Below are positions 55,053 to 64,000 of a stretch of 64,000 bases of DNA, in pieces; the first letter of the stretch is position 1, and each line of letters starts with the position of its first letter. The notes beneath the pieces are model-generated. The model was not told the origin of the DNA. It did not search any database and saw nothing but the letters and a program-made list of their open reading frames with translations. Position numbers and translations under genes: made by a program. Source of the DNA: Octopus vulgaris (taxonomy: Eukaryota); assembly GCA_951406725.2 (NCBI GenBank), contig OX597819.1, positions 99,944,001 to 100,008,000 on the forward strand. Reading direction: 5' to 3'.

Positions 55053-56283
55053 GTGTGTGTGTGTTTATATTTATATATATATATACTGTGTGTGTTATTG
55101 TGCCTTTATAGCTATATATGCGCACGCATGTGTATATGCCTATATATATATACAAACACACAAACACATATATATATATAGAGAGAGAGGGGGGAGAGAA
55201 AGAAAGACAGAAAGAAAGAAAGAAGGAAAGAAAGAAAGAGAGAAAGCTTCTTTGTGTATTAGATCACAATAGAAATTTTCTGAATGCAGCGATTCTGCGG
55301 CACTTGTTCTATCTTTACATGTTGCCTTTTCACTATATCTTTATTTTTAGTTGGGTTAAATCTTAGAATACGGCAGCTTTCAGATTAAGACACAACTACT
55401 AGTTTTGAATCGCTTGCAGGTTGGCTTTGCACAAATGAGAACATTTCGTAGCTGGTCGTTGCTGGTGAATTATTCTGCCATTAATAGACGGCGTAGAACG
55501 TAGTAATTGAAAGTAAATATTCTTTTGTTGCCTTGTTTTATATGAAATCAAATTCCTAATTTCCAATTAGTCCTGTTTTGTTTGTTTGCCTTCTGAACAT
55601 GGTTGATTATATAGATTCTAATAGCATAATGAGTCTTTGTTCCTCTCCAAGTACAATATGTTGTGGCAAGCAACTTGTTACAGTAGATATTTTTGCAAAG
55701 TTTGTGCAAGTATCGGCCTTCAAATATTTAAGATCTATCTTTACCGATATCTTCATCGCATAAATGCACAAACATCTAAATTGAACATTTTTATGTTGAC
55801 CTCTTTCTGTTTACGCTATTGTCACCGTCAACTATGTCAAAGACCTGGCAAAATCAGGAATTTTGCTGTCAATACTAGATCAGGCTGATCAAATATTCAG
55901 AATTTGGTTATATTTTTGAAGTAGTAAATTCAAATAGCTTCTCTCAGAACACCTAAAAACCTAAATTCGGTACTTTTGTTTTTTTATTTTTATTTTCATT
56001 TACTTATATATATATTTTTACAGAATAACGTATTCTGCATTTTCTTGGAATTCTCTCAAAAACTTTCTCAGATGCAGCACGGAGTTTCGTCAGTGAACAG
56101 GTCGCGGTCTCAAAGCGACGAAAATATTTCGGCAAATTATATTTAAATATCGAAGCGAATCTAACGGTTTTTTATGTATTTTTTAATGGCTTATAAACAA
56201 CTTCCACGCTGCAATTGTTTTTATTTCCGCACACGATCTCAGATCAGGTCACTTGATATGCAAGAACATCTCTGTTATCTTCC

Positions 56284-57637
56284 TTCGTGAAAATTTCAAG
56301 TGAATGGATTAAATATTTCGTATGTTATGCGGAAATAAACAAATAATCTTCCAAACAGCAACGGCCAAAATTTAAGGGTCACTTAGAAGAGAAAAAAATG
56401 GAAAATGGAACAAGAACAAAAAAGAAACCCTTACTATTAATATTTTTTTGTGTGAATATCCCTTTACTATCAATGATCTCCTGACATCTGTTACCACAGG
56501 ACTGAATTAATTTCTTGCAAAATGATGGAGTAATATTGTTCCATTCGTTTTAAAATTAATCCCAGATATCATCTTGGTTCTTACGATTTTTCCTTCACGC
56601 CCCATTTGCAATAATCTTTCAAACGTTTTCTATAGGGCTGAGATCACGACTTTGAGGTGGCCAGTCCATGAGATCAGCCCTTTCATCACTCAAAAAGTCT
56701 TTGACTCTCTTCGCAGTGTGACAGGGTGCGTTGTCCTGCACGAAAAGGTTGAACTGACGAGGATCGGAGATGTGGAGGGGCATGCTAAGCATCTGCTCTT
56801 AGATTTCAGCATTGACAATCCCTTGTAGGCAAATAAGTAGACCAGGACCAGCAGCAGAGATCACTCCCCAAACCATTACACTACCTCTTCCATATTTTTC
56901 TGTCTTCAGTACACATGCACGAGATAATCTTTCTCCATTTCTTCGGAACCAATCGCATTAAACTTCGATTCATCGTTAAAATGAACCTGCAACCACTGTT
57001 CTTTATTCTAAAAGACACGTTCATGAGCGAAACGAAGTCGGGCTGTGATCCTTCTTGGAAATCAGAAGTTTCTTTGCCGGTGCATGAGCAAGCAACCCAC
57101 AACCTCGTAAATTCCGAGAAACTGTTTTGCGCGATACGTTGACATCAGAAGTGGAGCTAAACTCGCGGGATATCTCAGCAGCATTCTCAAACTTATCCTA
57201 CAGTGACATTCTAACCATAATACGATCCTGTCATGGCGAAGTTTTACGAAGTTTACCGGGTCTGTGTTTGGCATCTGTCGATCCTCACGACTTAAAACGA
57301 GCAACAATTCGTTTCACAACACCCCCTAGATCTTCCCATAGTAGTTGCTATCAAAGAATTTGACTTACTAAGGCGCACAATCCTTAGTTTTTCTTATCAC
57401 TGGACACCGGTCATCTCTCACAAGCCGCCATATTGACAGTTGAATGTTCCAATAATGTAAGATCATAAAATGTAACTGTTAACCCATGAACAATCTTCTA
57501 AACAACAAATACAGCGGTTAGTGGTTCGTTTTTTCTAAGTGACCCTTAACTTCTGGCCACTGCAATTTGGAAGATTGCTTGCTTATTTCCTCATAACCTA
57601 CGAAACATTTGCTTCATTCATTTGAAATTTTCATGAA
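56284..57637 (-). mobile_element. Fossil Tc1-family (DD34E-type) transposon with ~105-bp imperfect inverted ends
   Basis: Minus-strand motifs VHFNDESKFN, VMVWGVISAAGPG, VQDNAPCHTAK and MDWPPQSRDLSPIENV. 56284-56390 pairs with 57533-57637 (taagggtcacttagaa / ttctaagtgaccctta). Confidence 0.88.
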
Positions 57638-57756
57638 AAATTGATATTAGACGTATCTAAATATGTATAACATATCTAGTTTCAACATGTTGTCAATCTT
57701 CTATAATAACTATTTCAATACACTTGTTGTTACTTATACTTATATTGTGGCCGCTA

Positions 57757-57806
<50 letters not shown>

Positions 57807-58130
57807 GTATATGTATAACACACTCACCGGTTCGATTTCCACTCATTAACGTATTTATTTTTTCTAAAATTTTCATTGCTTCTTGCAACCTTAAAAATAA
57901 GTAAATGAGTGGAAATTGAATCGGTGAGTGTGTTAAGTAATAAGGCACATAAATAGAATACTCTTCCCAGACACAGTTAAATAAGCTTCAATACACGAAT
58001 TCACGTAAAGAATCTTGGAAACCAAATATAAAAAACGAAATAGATATATATGATATAAACACGCGCACATAGATATATTGATACAAATATTAACATGTAT
58101 GTATGGAGCGTTTGAAATATGTTTATGTTT

Positions 58131-58186
<56 letters not shown>

Positions 58187-58382
58187 TTTCTGTGTGTTTA
58201 TGCATGTGTGTATGTACATGTCTATACGCACACACACACACACACAAACACAAAACTATATATAAACGAATATATGTTTATACATAGTATTATGTATATA
58301 TATATATATATATTAATTTAATTTGAAAAGCGTATATACAATAATACATATAAGTATTTATTTATGTAACTATGCATAAATG

Positions 58383-58436
<54 letters not shown>

Positions 58437-58501
58437 AGGTAGGTAGGTACATGTGTGTCTATGTGCATAAACATATATATATATATATATCTGTCTGTAT
58501 G

Positions 58502-58540
<39 letters not shown>

Positions 58541-58976
58541 TAATATATATGGTAGGTATGTATGTGTGCATGTATGTATTTAAGCATGCATGAGTGTATG
58601 TATGTATTGTAAGTATGTAAGTATGTAAGTATGTATGTATGTATGTATGTATGGTATGTACATATGTTTATGGAGACCTCTCTGTATAGCAGCGGCCCCT
58701 GTATCTAAAGACTAACCCTTCCATACATACAAATTTTGGCCCAGTCATTAATCACTTTAATCATATCTGACATATATTAGATCATGTGACTCAACTTGCT
58801 TGAAATTCTTTATGAGAGATTTACCTCCATTCACAGCAGACTTTTGCTTACTTGCCTTCCAAACGTCTCTTTAGCTATACCTTCTATAATTCCCTTATGG
58901 TGGTCTCACCGTTGATGAAATTAACTGTAAATAATTATGTATATCTATCAATATAGACATGTCTACATACATATGA

Positions 58977-59021
<45 letters not shown>

Positions 59022-59118
59022 AATACCTATAGTTATGTGTGTTTATGTGTGTGCATATATTTATATGTATATGTATATATATTTTATGTATACATATGCA
59101 TACTCACATATGTACATA

Positions 59119-59176
<58 letters not shown>

Positions 59177-59670
59177 CACTTTATACAATCTATTTATCTA
59201 TCTATATATCTGTCTGTCAGTCTGTCTGCCTCTCTGTCTGCTTCTCTGTCTATCTATCTATCTATTTATCTCTCTATCTATATATGTATATATATATATG
59301 TCTAGGTATCAGTATTTATATGTGTGTATATATATATATATATGTGTGTGTGTATATATATGCCTTCTTTGTATACACATTTTGTATGCATATGCATATA
59401 TATATATATGCATACACAAATATGTCCACATATATATATACATATAAATACGCAAATAAATACACATATTTATAACAGTTTACATATAAATTTCTCTCAA
59501 CATACCACCACCTTTTCTTGTGTGATGACTGCACGTGTAACGTATGTACGTGTGTGCGCGTGTGACTGTATGGTGCAAATATGCCAGACAAATCTGAGCT
59601 ATATATCTTCTACACATTACTGACAATATCTGTACGTATACAAAATATTTATATGATATACAACTTTCTG

Positions 59671-59726
<56 letters not shown>

Positions 59727-59796
59727 AGTTTACATTTATAAATATAGACATTTTCACACACATACACACATACACTTATATTTTATGTATATATAA

Positions 59797-59832
<36 letters not shown>

Positions 59833-60641
59833 TATATATATGAGCACACGCACACATACATATATACATACATCCATCCATCCATAGACACATACATACA
59901 TACATACAAACTTATATACATTCGTACTTACATACATACAGTGCAAATATATATCAGTAAAGTAAGATTTTTCGCTCCCCAGCATGGGCTCCTTTTAATA
60001 AATTATATTTTGGCAAAGCTATCAGATACATAAGTACATTTGGACTACAGCCGAACCATTTTAGTCACGTGCTTCCGCCATAAACGTCAGAAATGGCCGA
60101 CTGGCCGTAAACCCTGAGTACTAGAACGTATAAGACTCAATAAAGTAGCCATGTCAAATGTAGTTAAAATTTCTCTTTCTCTTCGTTATATCTTACTCTT
60201 GCGTCAAAATCTTTCCATGAACTATTCACTTTGATACATAGCCCTATATGTCTATATTTTTCCGTTTGTCATTCGTTCTCTCTTATTTATCTATTTATCT
60301 ATTTATCTATTTCTCCCCCACCTCTCTCTCTCTTTCTCTCTTTCGCAAACAGATACGATATGATGCCTATCCATATCCCTATAGGATTTTATGTATAGTT
60401 ATACATACATGCATAATACATACTTACATATTTATACATGTATATACATTAGCATACATGCATGTATATGTTTATATATGTATATATATATATATATAAT
60501 ATATATATGCATACACGTTTACACACACACAGGTACACGCATACATGCATATATATATATATAACGTGTGTGTATGTATATATGATATATGTATATATAT
60601 ATATATATATATATAAATATATGCAATATATACATGTATAT

Positions 60642-60694
<53 letters not shown>

Positions 60695-61282
60695 TATACG
60701 TATGTATATATATACATATATATATAGATACATATATATATATGTGTGTGTGTATCCATACGTGTGCGTACACACAAACACGCACACGTACAGATGAATG
60801 TCGTAGAAGTGTTCTTGAACTGTTTTGTTGTGATGAGTGAAAGAATCAGAGTGAAAGAAATAGAGCAAGAGGGAAAGATATGAGAAGAGAGAGGGAGGGA
60901 CAGAAAGAGGTGAGGTCGAACCAGTGGAAGTTTTATACAAACGTACTAGTGATGTTGCCAGTGTGGCAAAATAGCGTAGTTCTGTAATAAACTTTACTCT
61001 TCACATCTCTTGGAAAGAGGTAAGTAGCCCGAACCATGGGATAATTTCACTTATTACAGCATATCAACTCTTCTCCGAATTCTCTCATGAAGGAACAGAC
61101 GAATTTTCGGAATTAACCATTATCAAGTTTTCCGCGTTCCAACTTTTAAATTATATATTTCGTGAATCACAGAGGAGAAATACTATTCGATGCATAAGTA
61201 TATGTAGTTCCCATTAATTGGTAGGAAATTATAAGAACTCGCGGGCCGTAAGTTTTCTTTATGCCTTTATGAGACTTATCAT

Positions 61283-61419
61283 CTCTCTCTATATAAACGG
61301 CAGTTTGTCTGTGCGTGTTTCTGTGTGTCTGTTTGCTTGTACCCTCACCCTGACCACGGCTTTCAACCGATTAATTCGACATGGGGTCGAGAATCAGAAA
61401 CACGAACCACAAACTGTCT
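61283..61419 (+). mobile_element. Helitron/Helentron-like non-autonomous 5' fragment flanked by a 42-bp direct repeat
   Basis: tctctctatataaa...(tgtc)-rich...ccacggctttcaaccgatt. The flanks 61241-61282 and 61420-61461 are identical. Confidence 0.5.
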
Positions 61420-61477
61420 GCGGGCCGTAAGTTTTCTTTATGCCTTTATGAGACTTATCATTCATATATATATATAT

Positions 61478-61739
61478 ATTACTTTTTTACTTGTTTTTGT
61501 CATTTGACTGCGGCCATGCTGGAGCACCGCCTTTAGTCGAACAAATCAACGCCGGGACTTATTCTTTGTAAGGCTAGTACTTATGCTATAGGCCTCTTTT
61601 GCTGAACCACTAAGTTACGGGGACGTAAACACACCAACTTCGGTTGTCAAGCGATGGTGGGGTAACAAATATACAAATACTTACATATACATACATACAT
61701 ACATACATATATACATACATACATACATACATACATACA

Positions 61740-61792
<53 letters not shown>

Positions 61793-61948
61793 GACGGACT
61801 TCTTTCAGTTTCCATCTACTAAATCCACTCACAAGGCTTTGGTTGGCCCGAGGCTATAGTAGAAGACATCTGCACAAGGTGCTACGCAGTGGGACTGAAC
61901 CCGGAACCATGTGGTTGTTAAGTAATCTCCTTACCACACAGCCACTCT
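61478..61948 (-). mobile_element. SINE family A, full length
   Basis: Complete tail, (CATA)n/(TA)n centre and head. Confidence 0.9.
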
Positions 61949-61949
61949 C

Positions 61950-62720
61950 AATAGCTCTGCTGATGGCACAGATGTATCATAAGCATTAAAGGACCCCGAA
62001 GATAACACAAAACCAGGAAAAGATGCAAATGGACTGAAGAAAACTATATGTAGTCGAATGCTAACAAGTTTTAGGCACTCCGGCGTACAAGCAAATTTCA
62101 TTCAGAATACATAAGATGAGAGGGTATTGCAATCTCAAAATCGGTATCGGTGTGTGATTTGGGTATCCACATGAGCTGTGAGGCATCTTTCCGTGTGCAT
62201 ATTTCCAATGGTAACAATGTGCAGGCGAGTGTCTGGTTGGATTCTGAGATCATTCAGAACCCGGAAAAAGGAAATAATCTTCATATGGAGAACATTCATA
62301 CTCAGTCACCCATTTTACTATTCCCAATTATGGTAATCAAAAAGCACGTTATTAACAGAAGAACTTGAGGAAATTCAGCGCCACTAGGGCAAGAACAAAA
62401 CCGCTGTGCAACATATGGACTACTGGGAGAGACTACAAGAGCTAATGCTCTATTCCCTGAAGAGAAGACGCAAGAGATATGCAGTGATGCATATATATGG
62501 AATATCTTGGCAGGTCCAGCATTCAAGTTTGGGATTGAAATCTGTACGAATCACCAAAGTGAACGCCATTGCATTGTACAAAAGATCCAATCCTCTTCCA
62601 GAATGAGAAACCGCATCTGTAGCAGCAACATTTTAATACCTTACGAAAAGGCTTCAGGGATCTACGAGTTGTAACTGTGGATGCGTTCAAAGAACAATGA
62701 GTCAAATTTTTATCTCATAT
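61950..62720 (+). mobile_element. Decayed CR1-group LINE RT C-terminus
   Basis: SADGT (decayed YADDT), CDLGIHMS.EASF..HI, gttggattctgagatcattcagaacc (W.LRSFRT) and YWERLQELMLYSLKRRR.RY. Confidence 0.75.
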
Positions 62721-62943
62721 ACCATGTGAACACGCATGTTTCATTCGGCCCTGTGCAGTTTACAGTTTCATAGGTTTCTTACAGAAACTTTTAAGTTGCA
62801 CGAGATCGTATCACATTGTTTCAAATAATATATGTAAAACTAACTAAATGTGTCGAGTGCCTCTTTCTTTCGATTTTCCACTCACTCGTACACACACACA
62901 CACACACACAGACGCACACACACACATATATATATACATATAT

Positions 62944-63425
62944 AGGCGCAGGAGAGGCTGTATGGTAAGTAGCGTGGCACCGTAGGAAAGTGGCTTCTAC
63001 TATAACCTCGGCCCCACCCAGAACAAAGCCTTGTGAATGGATTCGGTAGACGGAAACTAAAAGAAGCCCATCGTATATATCTCTCTCTTACTCTCTTACT
63101 TGTTTCAGTCATTTGACTGCGGCCATGCTGGAGCACCGCCTTTAATCGAGCAACTCGACCCCGGGATTTATTCTTTGTAAGCCCAGTACTTATTTTATCG
63201 GTCTCTTTTGTTGTGCGTCAGTATTTGTCCTCCCACCCACCAACGCTTGACAACCAATGTTGGAGTGTTTACTTCCCGGTAACATAGTGGTTCGGCAAAA
63301 AGACACCGATAGAATAAGTACTAGGCTTACAAAGAGTAAGTACTGGGGTTGATTTGTTCGACTAAAGGCAGTGCTCCAGCATGTCCGCAGTCAAATGACT
63401 GGAACAAATAAAAGAATAAAAGGAT
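62944..63425 (+). mobile_element. SINE family A with an antisense family A 3' fragment (63085-63210) nested in its centre
   Basis: Plus-strand head at 62944-63075, minus-strand tail at 63085-63210, plus-strand tail at 63220-63425. Confidence 0.85.
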
Positions 63426-64000
63426 AAAAGAATATATGTATATGATGGATGCACGCACATATAAGCTTGTTGAATTGTATAAGTGTACGTTAATGTTACA
63501 ACACACAAGGCCACACATCAAGATAAAAAGACATTTATTTCACTGCTTCTCACATAACTCCATACACGCATAACCTACATAGTTACCTATGTTTTGCTTT
63601 GTCTTGAACACACAGCGGTGGTTTGTGTGTAAGTGTTTCAGTGTGTTGTCCTGTTTTATGAATATTTAATAGTCATTATTGCAGCCATACAGTCATGCAA
63701 TATATAAACAGATAAGGCAAGGATCGTGACACATGCGCACACATACGTATATGCGTATGTGCGTCTGTGTCTTTATGTCTCGTATATGGGTACGCATCCA
63801 TAGATATTATTGCCTAGCTAGTTGTGTCTTTGTTTTCATGTTCTAGATGGTGTACTGTTGTATTTCTGTACTTTAATACCAAAGTTCAATCTGGCTGTAT
63901 GGCCATAAATAAAAAGGTTGGTGAGAATAATCACAACGTTTACACCAAACGAATAACAATCCACTACTATTTTTCTCTCTGTGGATATCTATCTATCTAT

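Overview
AT-rich, microsatellite-saturated eukaryotic non-coding DNA, either intergenic or a large intron. The repeat families look like Octopus/cephalopod (my recognition, not verified). I find no intact host gene, and almost all ORF-track entries are translated microsatellites or SINEs. The window holds: (i) dozens of tRNA-derived SINE copies from at least 4 families; (ii) decayed non-LTR retrotransposons, namely an R4/Dong-like RLE element in (TAA)n, a second RLE family in (CATA)n, an L1/Tx1-like element in (GATA)n, and CR1/Jockey-group fragments; (iii) fossil DNA transposons (two mariners, a Tc1, a hAT, two MITEs, a Helitron-like end); (iv) Penelope-like pseudo-LTR fragments in (TA)n. The most striking signals are four minimal type-I hammerhead ribozyme folds (three with non-canonical cores, each about 100 nt upstream of a (TA)n junction), an apparent partitioning of microsatellite classes among retroelement lineages, a tandem-plus-inverted duplication around a hammerhead-bearing element, and a perfect 87-bp inverted repeat. 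Coordinates of degenerate elements are approximate.
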